In this document: positions 26,173 to 36,597 of the stretch, in pieces
How positions within the stretch are numbered: position 1 is the stretch's first letter
Layout of the letters: every line of letters begins with the position of its first letter
Assembly (NCBI GenBank): GCA_947630955.1
Contig: CANRJK010000003.1
Location: 1-40,072 of the forward strand
Length of the DNA stretch: 40,072 nucleotides
Source: an uncultured Bacilli bacterium
GTDB taxonomy: Bacteria; Bacillota_I; Bacilli_A; RF39; UBA660
Direction: 5' to 3'
Position numbers and translations under genes: made by a program
The notes under the pieces: generated by a model
Seen by the model: the letters and a program-made list of their open reading frames with translations, nothing else
Databases searched by the model: none
Told to the model about the DNA's origin: nothing

Positions 26173-27210
26173 ATGGTTGAAGAATTAAATACTTATTTAA
26201 ATAAATTAGTTAATAGTGGCGTTTTTCCAGGATGTAATTATGGTATTATAGTAAATGATGAAATTTTTTTTGGTAGTGTTGGTTATAAATCGTTAATACC
26301 AAAAAAGGCCAAAAATGATGTCGATAATCTATATGATATAGCTAGTTTATCAAAATTATTAGTTACTAATGTATTAATAACTTTTCTACTTCGTGATGAG
26401 AAAATAAAATTAGATGATTATGTTTACAAATATATTCCAGATTTTAAATATGATGATGTTAAAATAATTCATTTATTAACCCATTCATCAGGTATAAACC
26501 CAGCTTTTAATAAGTTTAATTTAAAAGATAAGGAAGAATTTATAAATAATACCAAGAAAGTTTTTGAAGCTGGTAGTAATGTTTATTATACGGATATTAA
26601 TTTTATTTTACTAGGTTTTATTATTGAAAAAATTTATCAAAAGCCATTAGATGTTTTAGCGCAAGATTTGATTTTTAAGCCTTTAGGTATGAATGATACC
26701 TCATATAATCCCAAAGATAAAAAAAGATGTGTTCCAATGGAATTAACATCTGATCGTGGTTTAGTATGTGGCTTTGTTCATGATGAAAAAGCATATTTTT
26801 TAAATGGTGTAGCTGGTAATGCAGGTGTTTTTAGTACAGTTAAAGATTTAAGTCATTTTGCGCAAATGATTTTAGATGATGGTTATTATAATCATCAACC
26901 ATTTCTTGATTTATCGCTCATTGATATGTGGTTTAAACCTTTATTTATTAATGAAGATGGTCTAAGAAGAACCCCAGGTTGGATTTATGGTAAAAGTAGT
27001 CCACTATGTAGAGATTATTGTAGTGATGATACAATTATTCATACTGGTTTTCCAGGTCATCATCTTTTAATTGACCGTGGTAATAATCTAGCAATTATCT
27101 TTTTATCTAATAGTATTCATCCATCTAGAATGAATGAAAAATTAGTTATTAGTAGAGAAAAAATAAATAAAAAAATATATGATTTATTAAGAAAATATGA
27201 CAAAATATAG
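26173..27210 (+). CDS. Serine hydrolase, beta-lactamase/AmpC-like family (cytoplasmic esterase or amidase)
   Basis: ASLSK (SxxK), LLTHSSG, YTDINF, GFVHDE, AGNAGVFS and HTGF; no signal peptide. Confidence 0.85.
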   Translation: MVEELNTYLNKLVNSGVFPGCNYGIIVNDEIFFGSVGYKSLIPKKAKNDVDNLYDIASLSKLLVTNVLITFLLRDEKIKLDDYVYKYIPDFKYDDVKIIHLLTHSSGINPAFNKFNLKDKEEFINNTKKVFEAGSNVYYTDINFILLGFIIEKIYQKPLDVLAQDLIFKPLGMNDTSYNPKDKKRCVPMELTSDRGLVCGFVHDEKAYFLNGVAGNAGVFSTVKDLSHFAQMILDDGYYNHQPFLDLSLIDMWFKPLFINEDGLRRTPGWIYGKSSPLCRDYCSDDTIIHTGFPGHHLLIDRGNNLAIIFLSNSIHPSRMNEKLVISREKINKKIYDLLRKYDKI

Positions 27211-27221
27211 TAGGTGAGTTT

Positions 27222-29000
27222 ATGGATAAAATAAAAGAAAAATTATCATTATTACCAATGTTACCTGGTTGTTATTTAATGAAAAATAAAGATGGTAACA
27301 TTATATATATTGGTAAAGCTAAGAAACTAAAAAATCGTGTTAGTTCATATTTTCGTGGCAAACATACAGGTAAAACGGCTCGTTTAGTTAGTGAAATAGC
27401 TGATTTTGAATATATTACTGTTGGTAGTGAGATAGAATCATTAATTTTAGAAATAAATTTAATAAAGAAACATAATCCTAAATATAATATCTTACTAAAA
27501 GATGATAAAAGTTATCCTTATATTGAATTAACTGGTGATAAAGTACCAAGATTAAAAGTTGTACGAGTTTTAAATCGCAATAAAAAAAGAAAATATTTAT
27601 ATGGACCTTATCCTAATGTCACAGCTGCTCGTAATGTAGTTAATTTATTAAATAGGCTGTATCCCATTAGAAAATGTAATACCTTCGCTACTAAACCTTG
27701 TCTATATTATCATATTGGTCAATGTTTAGGTTATTGTACTAAAGATGTAGATTATAAAAAAGTTGAAGATATGCGTCAAGAGATTATTCGTTTTTTAAAG
27801 GGTGATCATAGTTTAATTACTGATAAAATAAAAAAAGAAATAAGTGAACACAGTGAAAAATTAGAGTTTGAAAAAGCTTTAGAATTAAAGAAGATGCTAG
27901 ATTATATTACGATTACTTTAACACATCAACAAGTTGAGACAAAAGATAATATTGACCGTGATGTTATTGGTTATTATGAAGAAAAAGGTTATCTTAGTAT
28001 TCAAATTTTCTTTATTCGTGGTTCTAAAATAGTTGAAAGATATTCGAAGATTATTCCTTTAATTGATGAAGTAGAAAGTGAATTAACACGCTATATTGCT
28101 AATTTCTATCATAATATGATGTTACCAAAAGAAATATTAGTTCCAGATATTTTAAATGCTGAAGTCCTTAGTGAATATTTAAAAACAAATGTTAAAATAC
28201 CTCAAAAAGGTGATAAACATAAGTTAGTAGAGATGGTGTGTGAAAACGCTAAAATCGCGCTTAATGAAAATTTTGAATTGATAAAACGTGATGAAGCTAA
28301 GACTCTTGATGCTAATTGTGAACTTAAAAACTTATTAGGCTTAGAGAAATTAGATCGCATTGAAATCTTTGATAATGCTCATTTGTTTGGTACTTATAAT
28401 GTTTCTGGTATGGTTGTTTTTATAGATGGTCGTAAAGCTAAAAATGAGTATCGTAAATATAAAATAAGTGTCGATAGAAATGATGATTACGAAACGATGC
28501 GAGAAGTTATATATCGTCGTTATTTTAGGGTTTTAAAAGATAATTTAGTTCGTCCAGATTTAATTATTGTGGATGGTGGTTTAGGACAAATAAATGCCGC
28601 TAAAGAAGTTATTCAAAGCTTAGGGATGGATATTTTAGTCGTTGGTCTTAAAAAAGATGATCGTCATGCAACTAATAAACTATTAACTAGTGATGAGGAA
28701 TTTGATATTGATCGTCGTAGTAATTTATTTTACCTATTAGAAAGAATGCAAGATGAAGTTCATAATTTTACTATTAATTATCATAAACAAATTCGAAGTA
28801 AAGGGTCTTTATCAAGTATTTTAGATAGTGTTGAAGGAATAGGAAGTAAGAGAAAAAAAGAGTTATTAAGAAAATATCGGACAATTACTAAGATGAAAGA
28901 AGCTGAAATTCAAGAACTTGAAGAGATACTACCTAAAAATGTGGCTCAAAATCTTTATCAATTTTTAAAAGAATATCATTATGATGTTTCAAATAAATAA
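27222..29000 (+). CDS. uvrC: Excinuclease ABC subunit C
   Basis: GIY-YIG N-terminus (PGCYLM..IIYIGKAK.LKNRVSSYF), Cys cluster, RIEIFDNAH, IVDGG and C-terminal HhH. Confidence 0.97.
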   Translation: MDKIKEKLSLLPMLPGCYLMKNKDGNIIYIGKAKKLKNRVSSYFRGKHTGKTARLVSEIADFEYITVGSEIESLILEINLIKKHNPKYNILLKDDKSYPYIELTGDKVPRLKVVRVLNRNKKRKYLYGPYPNVTAARNVVNLLNRLYPIRKCNTFATKPCLYYHIGQCLGYCTKDVDYKKVEDMRQEIIRFLKGDHSLITDKIKKEISEHSEKLEFEKALELKKMLDYITITLTHQQVETKDNIDRDVIGYYEEKGYLSIQIFFIRGSKIVERYSKIIPLIDEVESELTRYIANFYHNMMLPKEILVPDILNAEVLSEYLKTNVKIPQKGDKHKLVEMVCENAKIALNENFELIKRDEAKTLDANCELKNLLGLEKLDRIEIFDNAHLFGTYNVSGMVVFIDGRKAKNEYRKYKISVDRNDDYETMREVIYRRYFRVLKDNLVRPDLIIVDGGLGQINAAKEVIQSLGMDILVVGLKKDDRHATNKLLTSDEEFDIDRRSNLFYLLERMQDEVHNFTINYHKQIRSKGSLSSILDSVEGIGSKRKKELLRKYRTITKMKEAEIQELEEILPKNVAQNLYQFLKEYHYDVSNK

Positions 29001-29069
29001 TTTTGCTTATTTTACAAATTAATAAAATAATGGTAATATATTTGTGGCAAAAGAAAGGACGGGATAATT

Positions 29070-30005
29070 ATGAATTATTTTGATTCATCATATCCTTCAG
29101 ATTATAATCATTTAATTTATTATTTTTGTAGAAAGTTAAACTTAGATGCTAAATTTGCTTTTACTTTAGTTTATGATCAAAAATATAAAGAATTAAGTAA
29201 AAAACAAAGCATTATTAAAAATAGTTTTCTTGTTATTTTAAACAAATATAACAATGGTTTAGTATCTAGTAAAGTTTTAGAAGATGCGAAAGCTTCTTAT
29301 CAATTTTTAGAAAGCTATTTAAATATAATGAAAGAACAATCAAATGTTGATAATAACAAAGTTATGACTCCTTTAAATAAAGATGATAACGAATCTTTCT
29401 TCAGTGCTTTAGAACAAATTAGTCAGATGTCATTTTGTTTTTATGATGGAATGATTAAAATTATCGAAGAGAAAATAAGTCAAACATTAAATGAGGCTGA
29501 CCAAAAAATCTTTGATGAATTTTTTAAATTATTTTTAGATTTTTGGCAATATGCCTATAATGACATATGTACTTTTGAATTTCAACATCTAACAAAAAAA
29601 GACATAACAATGCTATCTAATAAATATAATATGAATTATGTCGTTGGGGTTGATGAGATTATTAAAAACAAAGCTATTGACGGAGCAAATCTTATAAGAC
29701 TGAGTACATATTTTTCAAAAAAGAGACCGAATATGGAAGCTACTTACTTATTAACTACCTTTTTAAAGATATTTGCAAAATTTCATTATATTGATTTTAG
29801 TTTAGATGAATTTAATGATGTCGTTATTTATTCTTTTGATGCAACTTCACGTCTTTTAAAAATAAAAGAAGAATATTTGTATAAATTTGGTTATGAAGTA
29901 AGACATAATCTTCGCAATTCACCATTAGTTGATGTAGATGAAATGCTTGATTATACCGAAAAGAGAATATCTTTATACAATAAGAAAGTTAATCCTGAAA
30001 AATAG
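29070..30005 (+). CDS. Hypothetical protein (311 aa, helical)
   Basis: Long ORF with AAAGGA RBS; no motif recognised. Confidence 0.65.
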   Translation: MNYFDSSYPSDYNHLIYYFCRKLNLDAKFAFTLVYDQKYKELSKKQSIIKNSFLVILNKYNNGLVSSKVLEDAKASYQFLESYLNIMKEQSNVDNNKVMTPLNKDDNESFFSALEQISQMSFCFYDGMIKIIEEKISQTLNEADQKIFDEFFKLFLDFWQYAYNDICTFEFQHLTKKDITMLSNKYNMNYVVGVDEIIKNKAIDGANLIRLSTYFSKKRPNMEATYLLTTFLKIFAKFHYIDFSLDEFNDVVIYSFDATSRLLKIKEEYLYKFGYEVRHNLRNSPLVDVDEMLDYTEKRISLYNKKVNPEK

Positions 30006-30145
30006 TTTATTTTAAGACCATAAAAATGGTTTTCTTTTGTGTATTTAAAATTATCTTAACGAATCACGTGTTAAAGTTATAATTATATATGTTTTTAAAT
30101 ATAATTATGATATAATTAATTTATAAAATCTAAGGAAGTGATTAG

Positions 30146-31228
30146 GTGCGAGTTATCATTAGTGCTGGTGGCTCAGGTGGGCATATTTATCCAGCTTTAG
30201 CGATTATAAATAAAATTAAACAACATGAGGCTAATAGTGAGTTTTTATATATAGGAACGCATAATAGAATGGAAAAAGATATTGTTCCTAAACAAGGTAT
30301 TCCTTTTGAAACTATTAAAATTTATGGCTTTGACCGTCATCATTTACTTAATAATTTTAAAGTGGCTTATTATCTATTTAAAAGCTGTAAAAAATGTCGT
30401 AAATTAATTAAAAAATTTAATCCAGATGTCGTTATTGGAGTTGGGGGATATGTAACGGTTCCTGTTTTAATGAGCGCTAAAAAGTTAGGTTATAGAACTT
30501 TTATTCATGAACAGAATAGTATCCCTGGTAAAGCTAATATTTATATATCTAAATTTGTCGATAAAATTGCTGTTTCCATGAAAGGTTCAACCAAGTATTT
30601 TCCTCAAGATAAAGTTGTTTTTACAGGTAACCCTTGTAGTGAAGATGCAATTAATACATTGCAAGTTGATAAGAAAAAGTTTGGTTTAACTAACAGTAAA
30701 AAACTGGTTTTAATTGTTATGGGTTCTCAGGGCGCTACAACAATTAATGATTTAATGGTTAAAGTATTACCTAAAATGGCTAAAGAAAGTTACGAAGTTG
30801 TTTTTGTAACAGGAACGAAAGATTATGAGCAAATAAGTAAAAATACTTTCCCAAGTAATATTAAAATTGTTCCTTATATCGATGGAATGACTGGTTTAAT
30901 GAAAAAAACAGATTTAATGATTACAAGAGCTGGAGCTTCTACTTTAAGCGAGATTATTGCGCTTAAAATACCATCTATTTTAATTCCTAGTCCATATGTT
31001 CCAAATAATCATCAATATTTAAATGCGATGGATTTAGTGAATGAAGATGCAGCTGATATAATTGAAGAAAAAGACTTAAATGAGGATATTTTAATTGAAA
31101 AAGTAAATAATCTTTTGTATGATTATAAAAAGTTAGATAAAATGAAAAAAAATTTGGAAAAATTTGTCGTAAAAGATAGTGGGGAACTTATTTATCACAC
31201 TTTACAAGAACTAATAGAAAGAAAATGA
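30146..31228 (+). CDS. murG: Undecaprenyl-PP-MurNAc-pentapeptide N-acetylglucosaminyltransferase
   Basis: GGSGGHIYP, GGYV, HEQN, GSQG, RAGAST and HQYLNA; GTG start; TG-a-TATAAT at 30108-30116. Confidence 0.96.
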   Translation: MRVIISAGGSGGHIYPALAIINKIKQHEANSEFLYIGTHNRMEKDIVPKQGIPFETIKIYGFDRHHLLNNFKVAYYLFKSCKKCRKLIKKFNPDVVIGVGGYVTVPVLMSAKKLGYRTFIHEQNSIPGKANIYISKFVDKIAVSMKGSTKYFPQDKVVFTGNPCSEDAINTLQVDKKKFGLTNSKKLVLIVMGSQGATTINDLMVKVLPKMAKESYEVVFVTGTKDYEQISKNTFPSNIKIVPYIDGMTGLMKKTDLMITRAGASTLSEIIALKIPSILIPSPYVPNNHQYLNAMDLVNEDAADIIEEKDLNEDILIEKVNNLLYDYKKLDKMKKNLEKFVVKDSGELIYHTLQELIERK

Positions 31229-32127
31229 ATATGAATTTAATAGAAAAAATAAAGAAACTTAATATTGGTGAAATAATTGAAAATGCTGATTTAAAAAAAT
31301 ATACCACTTACCATGTTGGAGGGCATGCTTTAGCGGTTGTTTTACCAGATGATATTTATGGTTTAATCGAATTAATCAAATTGTTAAAAAAAGAAAAAGT
31401 TAAGTATAAAGTTATTGGGCGTGGCTCTAATTTAATCTTTAAAAGTGGATTATATAATGGCATTTTAATTAAACTAGATCATTTTGACTCTTTAAAAATT
31501 GAGGGTAATGAAATTACGGTTGGTGCTGGTTTTCAATTAATTAAACTTGCAACGCGCTTATCACGACTTGGTTATACTGGTATTGAATTTGCAACTGGTA
31601 TTCCAGGAACAGTTGGTGGAGCTATTTTCATGAATGCGGGAGCTTATAAAAGCGATATGGGGTATATTGTTAAAAGTGTTAAAGTTTTAACTCCTGATTT
31701 GCGTGTTGAAGAGTTAACTAACTATGATTTAGATTTTCATTATCGCACCTCTTTTTTACACCAACATCGCGATTATATTTGTTTAGAAGCTACCATTATT
31801 TTAAAACGTGGTGATGCTGATTTAATTATGCAACTAGTAGAAGATCGTAAAAAAAGACGACTTGAAACACAACCTTTGGAATACCCAACTGCTGGGTCTG
31901 TTTTTAGGAACCCCGATGGTGATTATGCTGGCCGCCTTATTGAAGAAATAGGCTATAAAGGACATGTTCAAGGTGGAGCTATGGTAAGCACTAAACATGC
32001 TAATTTTGTTATTAACTATAACAATGCTACCGGAGAAGATATTGAAAAATTAATTTTAGAAATAAAAAAACGAATTAAGGAAAAATATGATATAGATTTA
32101 AAAATAGAACAAGAATTTGTGGAATAG
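31225..32127 (+). CDS. murB: UDP-N-acetylenolpyruvoylglucosamine reductase
   Basis: GRGSN, GIPGTVGGAIFMNAGAY, AGSVFRNP and KHANF. Confidence 0.96.
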   Translation: MNMNLIEKIKKLNIGEIIENADLKKYTTYHVGGHALAVVLPDDIYGLIELIKLLKKEKVKYKVIGRGSNLIFKSGLYNGILIKLDHFDSLKIEGNEITVGAGFQLIKLATRLSRLGYTGIEFATGIPGTVGGAIFMNAGAYKSDMGYIVKSVKVLTPDLRVEELTNYDLDFHYRTSFLHQHRDYICLEATIILKRGDADLIMQLVEDRKKRRLETQPLEYPTAGSVFRNPDGDYAGRLIEEIGYKGHVQGGAMVSTKHANFVINYNNATGEDIEKLILEIKKRIKEKYDIDLKIEQEFVE

Positions 32128-32135
32128 AGGTTATT

Positions 32136-32813
32136 ATGAATAAACAAAAGAAAAAGAAAAGAAAAATAAAATATAAAAATATTTTTATCTTTATATTTAT
32201 TGCTATATTGCTTTTTATTTGTATTTATTTTGTTTTAGATTCAAAAATAACGAATATCTATATCAAGGGTAATAGTTTTTTAACTGACCAACAAATTATT
32301 GATGAAGCGGGTTTAAAAAATTATCCTAAAATATCGGCTGTTAATACAAAGAAAATTAGTAAAAAATTAAAAGAAAATATTTATATTGAAAACGTCAATA
32401 TAACGCATCATCATTTTTTCCGTGAAATAACAATTGAAATTACGGAAAATAAACCTATTTTATATTATGCTTATGATGAGGTTAGCTTGTTAGCTGATGG
32501 GCGTGAAGTAAAACAGTCATATACATTACCAACTTTAATTAATCAGACACCAGAAGATATTTTAAAAAAATTACTTAAGAAATTAGATGAATTAGATGGA
32601 GATATTTTAACTAGAATTTCCGAGATACGTTATGCTCCAACTAATGTAGATGAACAATTATTCTATCTAACAATGGATGATGGAAATGACGTATATATTA
32701 ATTTTAATAGTTTTTCTAAGTTAAATAACTATATTGATATTGTTAGAAGTTTTAATAATAAAAAAGGAACAGTTCATCTTGATAGTGGTGATTATTTAGA
32801 AATTAATAAGTAA
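32136..32813 (+). CDS. divIB: Cell division protein DivIB/FtsQ
   Basis: Basic N-terminus, one TM helix, POTRA-like I..I.IKGN..LT; located between murB and ftsA. Confidence 0.8.
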   Translation: MNKQKKKKRKIKYKNIFIFIFIAILLFICIYFVLDSKITNIYIKGNSFLTDQQIIDEAGLKNYPKISAVNTKKISKKLKENIYIENVNITHHHFFREITIEITENKPILYYAYDEVSLLADGREVKQSYTLPTLINQTPEDILKKLLKKLDELDGDILTRISEIRYAPTNVDEQLFYLTMDDGNDVYINFNSFSKLNNYIDIVRSFNNKKGTVHLDSGDYLEINK

Positions 32814-32820
32814 TTATTGT

Positions 32821-32845
32821 AAGAAACGTCTCTCGTTTCTTTTTT
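32821..32845 (+). terminator. Intrinsic terminator after divIB
   Basis: AAGAAACG-tctct-CGTTTCTT followed by Ts. Confidence 0.6.
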
Positions 32846-32871
32846 AATCTTTAGAACAATTGATAAAAGCT

Positions 32872-32900
32872 TTTACATTTTTTATAAATTATAGTATAAT
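32872..32900 (+). promoter_or_regulatory. SigmaA promoter of ftsAZ
   Basis: TTTACA, 17-nt spacer, TATAAT. Confidence 0.65.
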
Positions 32901-32928
32901 TAACTTATAGGCTATAGGAGATGATTGT

Positions 32929-34170
32929 ATGAAACATATTTATACTAGTCTTGACATTGGTTCTGATAGTATAAAAATTGTTGTTTGTGAGTTATACAAA
33001 AATAAGTTAAACTTATTAGCTTGTGCTTCATACAAATCAAAGGGCATCAAGAAGGGGTTAATTGTCGATGTAGATGCTGCTTCTTCAAGTATTAGAGGCG
33101 CAATTATGCAAATTGAAAATATTCTTGGTGTCAAAATTGATAAAGTTATTGCTTCTGTACCTAGTTATTTAGCTGAATATTCAGTTATTAAAGCTGTTAT
33201 TGACGTTCCTTCTAAAATAGTAACAAAAAAAGATATTTTAGATGTTATCGACAAAGCTATTGCTTCTAAAACGTTAGAAGATAAGGAAGTTGTTACAGCT
33301 TTACCTGTTGATTTTAAGTTAGATAATGGTATAAGCATCAAAGATCCTTTAAATATGGAAACCCAAAAATTAGGTGTTCGAGCTGTTTTAGTAACCACAC
33401 CTAAGAAGAATATTTACTCTGTCGTAGGTCTTTTAGAAAGTATGAACATAACAACGGTTGATATATCTACTAATGGTATTGGGGACTTTTATGCCTTTAA
33501 AAATAAAGAAATAACTAAAGGTGTAAGCGCAATTATTAATATTGGTAGTGAAATAACTAATATTTCATTATATAATCGAGGAATAATTGTTAAGAGTTCT
33601 ATTATTAATATGGCTGGTAAAAATATCGATAAAGATATTTCTTATATGTATAAAACAGATCGTGAGACTTCTGAAAATCTTAAAATACATTTTGCTTTAG
33701 CTCATAAACATAATGCTAGTACTAGTGATATGTGTGATATAAAAACATCTTTAGATGATGAACTTCGAATCAACCAATTTGAAATATCAGAAGTTGTTTC
33801 TTCAAGAATTGAGGAAATCCTTAATTTGGCTAAAAAAGAACTTAATATATTGACAAGTAAAAAAATTGATTATATTATTATAACAGGGGGTACAAGTAAT
33901 ATGGCTGATATCGAGTATGTTGCCAGTGATGTTTTTGGTAAAGATATTCGCATTGGAAATATTAGGTTAGTTGGTATCCGTGATAATAAATATTCGTCAT
34001 GTGTGGGAAATGTTGTTTATTTTATCAGTAAGCTTAAATTAAAAGGACAAGATTATTTAATGTTTAGTGCTGATGACATTTCTAGATTGTCTAGTATTAG
34101 AAAGAGTTATCAAGAAATAGATAATGAGAAGATGTTAGGAAATTTGATGGAATATTTTTATAGCGAATAG
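32929..34170 (+). CDS. ftsA: Cell division protein FtsA
   Basis: LDIGSDSIK, GIKKGLIVD, INIGSEIT and ITGGTS actin-fold motifs; directly upstream of ftsZ. Confidence 0.92.
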   Translation: MKHIYTSLDIGSDSIKIVVCELYKNKLNLLACASYKSKGIKKGLIVDVDAASSSIRGAIMQIENILGVKIDKVIASVPSYLAEYSVIKAVIDVPSKIVTKKDILDVIDKAIASKTLEDKEVVTALPVDFKLDNGISIKDPLNMETQKLGVRAVLVTTPKKNIYSVVGLLESMNITTVDISTNGIGDFYAFKNKEITKGVSAIINIGSEITNISLYNRGIIVKSSIINMAGKNIDKDISYMYKTDRETSENLKIHFALAHKHNASTSDMCDIKTSLDDELRINQFEISEVVSSRIEEILNLAKKELNILTSKKIDYIIITGGTSNMADIEYVASDVFGKDIRIGNIRLVGIRDNKYSSCVGNVVYFISKLKLKGQDYLMFSADDISRLSSIRKSYQEIDNEKMLGNLMEYFYSE

Positions 34171-34183
34171 GAGGATATAATGT

Positions 34184-35269
34184 ATGTTTGGATTAGAAAT
34201 GGATCAAATAGCGAAAATTAAAGTTATCGGTGTCGGTGGTGGTGGAAACAACGCCGTTAATCGTATGATAGATTCTGGGGTAAAAGGAGTAGAATTTATA
34301 GTTGCTAACACAGATTTACAAGTTTTAAATTGTTCTAAGGCACCTGTTAAAATACAAATAGGAGAAGCTTTAACTGGTGGTCGTGGAGCTGGTGCTAAAC
34401 CAGAAATAGGTAGAGAAGCAGCTATGGAAAGTAAAAAAGAGATTGAAGATGCCTTAAGTGGAGCCGATATGGTTTTTATAACTTGTGGTATGGGTGGTGG
34501 AACAGGAACTGGTGCAGCCCCTGTTATTGCACAAATAGCTCAAGAATTAGGTGCTCTTACTGTTGGTATTGTCACTAAACCATTTTCTTTTGAAGGAAAA
34601 AGAAGAATGGAACAAGCTATCTCTGGATTAGAAGAATTAAAAAAGAATGTTGATACTTTAATTGTTATTCCAAATGATCGTTTAAGAGAAATTATCGATA
34701 AAAAGACCCCATTACTTGAATCATTTAGAGAAGTTGATAATGTTTTACGTCGTGGTGTTCAATCTATTTCCGATTTAATTGCTGTAGCTGGTTTAATTAA
34801 TTTGGATTTTGCTGATGTTAAAACAGTTATGGAAAAACGTGGTAACGCTTTAATTGGTATTGGTATAGGACAGGGCGAAAATCGTGCTACTGAAGCTGCT
34901 CGTCAAGCTGTTGCCAGTCCCTTACTTGAAACAAGTATTAGTGGTGCTACAGATGCTATTATCAATGTAACTGGTGGTAGTAATTTAACTTTATTTGAAG
35001 TAGAAGAAGCAGCAGAAGTCATCCGTACAAGCGCTAATACTGATATGAATGCTATCTTTGGTGCTGTAATTAATGAAAACCTAAATGATGAAATTATTGT
35101 AACTGTTATTGCTACTGGTTTTGAAGAAAATAGTGAACCATTATACCATTCTTATTCTCATCAAGAGGACGAAGAAGAAAAACACCATGTACCAGATATT
35201 GATGAAGATGATGACGACGACGATGATAGTGGTATTCCAACTTTCTTAAGAAAAAGAGGAGGCTTTTAA
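34184..35269 (+). CDS. ftsZ: Cell division protein FtsZ
   Basis: [24 protein letters not shown] and C-terminal IPTFLR. Confidence 0.98.
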   Translation: MFGLEMDQIAKIKVIGVGGGGNNAVNRMIDSGVKGVEFIVANTDLQVLNCSKAPVKIQIGEALTGGRGAGAKPEIGREAAMESKKEIEDALSGADMVFITCGMGGGTGTGAAPVIAQIAQELGALTVGIVTKPFSFEGKRRMEQAISGLEELKKNVDTLIVIPNDRLREIIDKKTPLLESFREVDNVLRRGVQSISDLIAVAGLINLDFADVKTVMEKRGNALIGIGIGQGENRATEAARQAVASPLLETSISGATDAIINVTGGSNLTLFEVEEAAEVIRTSANTDMNAIFGAVINENLNDEIIVTVIATGFEENSEPLYHSYSHQEDEEEKHHVPDIDEDDDDDDDSGIPTFLRKRGGF

Positions 35270-35283
35270 GTCAAGCCTTTTTT
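35260..35283 (+). terminator. Terminator after ftsZ
   Basis: AGGCTT...AAGCCT followed by Ts. Confidence 0.5.
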
Positions 35284-35304
35284 GATAACAAAAAAATGTC
35301 TAGA

Positions 35305-35691
35305 TTATTTTGACATTTTTTTTGCTTTTTCCTCATTAAGCAATTGGTTGTAATATATATTACCATAATATTGCCTAGCTTCCAAAAGGGCCTTTCTTCT
35401 ACTAAAGGTCTTCTTCTTTTTACCATTTTGTGTATAATATTTACTTAATGGCTCAGTATAATTTACCACATAACTTATCGTATTTAAATCTCGGGTATGT
35501 GAAATATTTCGATGCATATTTTCTAAATCAATATATTTATCTCCAACTTTTCTTAAAATAGTTGTATAACCATAACCAGAAATACCCATTACTAACATAT
35601 TACCAACATTTAAACCACTCATATCATTATCAGGATAGTAAACATCAATAGTTGCTAAAAATAAATCATTAATATCATATTTTTCAAACAT
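35305..35691 (-). CDS. Hypothetical protein (128 aa)
   Basis: AAAGGAG RBS on the minus strand favours ATG 35691 (MFEKY...); no motif recognised. Confidence 0.6.
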   Translation of the reverse strand: MFEKYDINDLFLATIDVYYPDNDMSGLNVGNMLVMGISGYGYTTILRKVGDKYIDLENMHRNISHTRDLNTISYVVNYTEPLSKYYTQNGKKKKTFSRRKALLEARQYYGNIYYNQLLNEEKAKKMSK

Positions 35692-35772
35692 ATCTAAAAC
35701 TCCTTTCCAATATAATACATCAAAAATATTAAAAGTCAATCAAATAAGATAAATATTATCCAAATAGAAAAA

Positions 35773-35805
35773 ACGACATAAAAATTTATGTTCTTTTTTT
35801 ATAAT
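35773..35805 (+). promoter_or_regulatory. Candidate Spo0A-dependent spoIIG-type promoter
   Basis: ACGACA (reverse-oriented 0A-box-like), 21-nt spacer, TATAAT; the over-long spacing matches the known B. subtilis PspoIIG architecture. Confidence 0.4.
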
Positions 35806-35820
35806 GATTTTGGTGATAAG

Positions 35821-36597
35821 ATGAAAGTTTATTTAGATCTAATTTTAATTTTAAATTTCTTTCTTGATTTTTTTCTTCTTTTAACACCAGGAATTATTTT
35901 AAAAAGAAATATTAATATTAAATTAATAACGACAAGTGCTTTTATTGGTAGTTTAACTATCTTAATTCTTTTTTTTGATATGACATCTTTATCACTTTTT
36001 ATCATTAAATTAATATTAAGTATTATTATGATTATTGTAGCTTATCCAAAGAAAAATCTTAAATATTTTTTTTATAATTTACTCCTTTTTTATATTGCAA
36101 GTCTTTTCTTAGGTGGAACTTTGTACATGCTAAATATTAATTTATCATATAAAAATAATGGTGTTATCTTTTATCACCATGGACTAGGAATTAATTTTCT
36201 TATGCTTATCTTTTTAGCGCCTTTAATCTTAATATTTTATATTAAAGAACAAAAAATTATTAAAAATAAATATAATAATTATTATAAGGTAAGCATAAAT
36301 ATTAATGAAAGGCAAATAAAAGGAACAGGTTATATTGATAGTGGGAATAATTTAACTTATAAAAGAAGACCAGTTATTTTAATTGATAAAAGAAAGGTTA
36401 TCTTTTTAAAAGAAGAATATAGGATAATTCCCTATAAAGTTGTTAATAAAACATCATTTTTAAAAATATATAAGTGTGATTATGTAAAAATAAATAATAA
36501 AATTATTAAGAACATTTATCTTGGAATTAGTGATGATTCTTTTAATATTGATGGAGTTGATATTCTTTTAAATAATAAATTAATGGAGGACATATGA
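35821..36597 (+). CDS. spoIIGA: Pro-sigmaE processing aspartic protease SpoIIGA
   Basis: VYLDL..ILNF..D N-terminus, five TM helices, catalytic IDSGN; GGTGA RBS before ATG 35821; overlaps the sigE start. Confidence 0.88.
   Translation: MKVYLDLILILNFFLDFFLLLTPGIILKRNINIKLITTSAFIGSLTILILFFDMTSLSLFIIKLILSIIMIIVAYPKKNLKYFFYNLLLFYIASLFLGGTLYMLNINLSYKNNGVIFYHHGLGINFLMLIFLAPLILIFYIKEQKIIKNKYNNYYKVSININERQIKGTGYIDSGNNLTYKRRPVILIDKRKVIFLKEEYRIIPYKVVNKTSFLKIYKCDYVKINNKIIKNIYLGISDDSFNIDGVDILLNNKLMEDI

Noticed and set aside
26173-27210. Beta-lactam resistance gene
   Set aside because: No signal peptide, and the GxVHD/AGNAG motifs fit cytoplasmic esterase/amidase members of the family
7197-35269. The ligase fusion and FtsZ both end in GGF (GGAGGCTTTTAA)
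   Set aside because: Explained separately: the first is the plsC RBS and the second is part of a terminator stem; likely coincidence
3554-35691. Lys-rich C-termini on several orphan proteins as a shared export signal
   Set aside because: Too few and too dissimilar, and Lys is very common in this proteome; would need a genome-wide test
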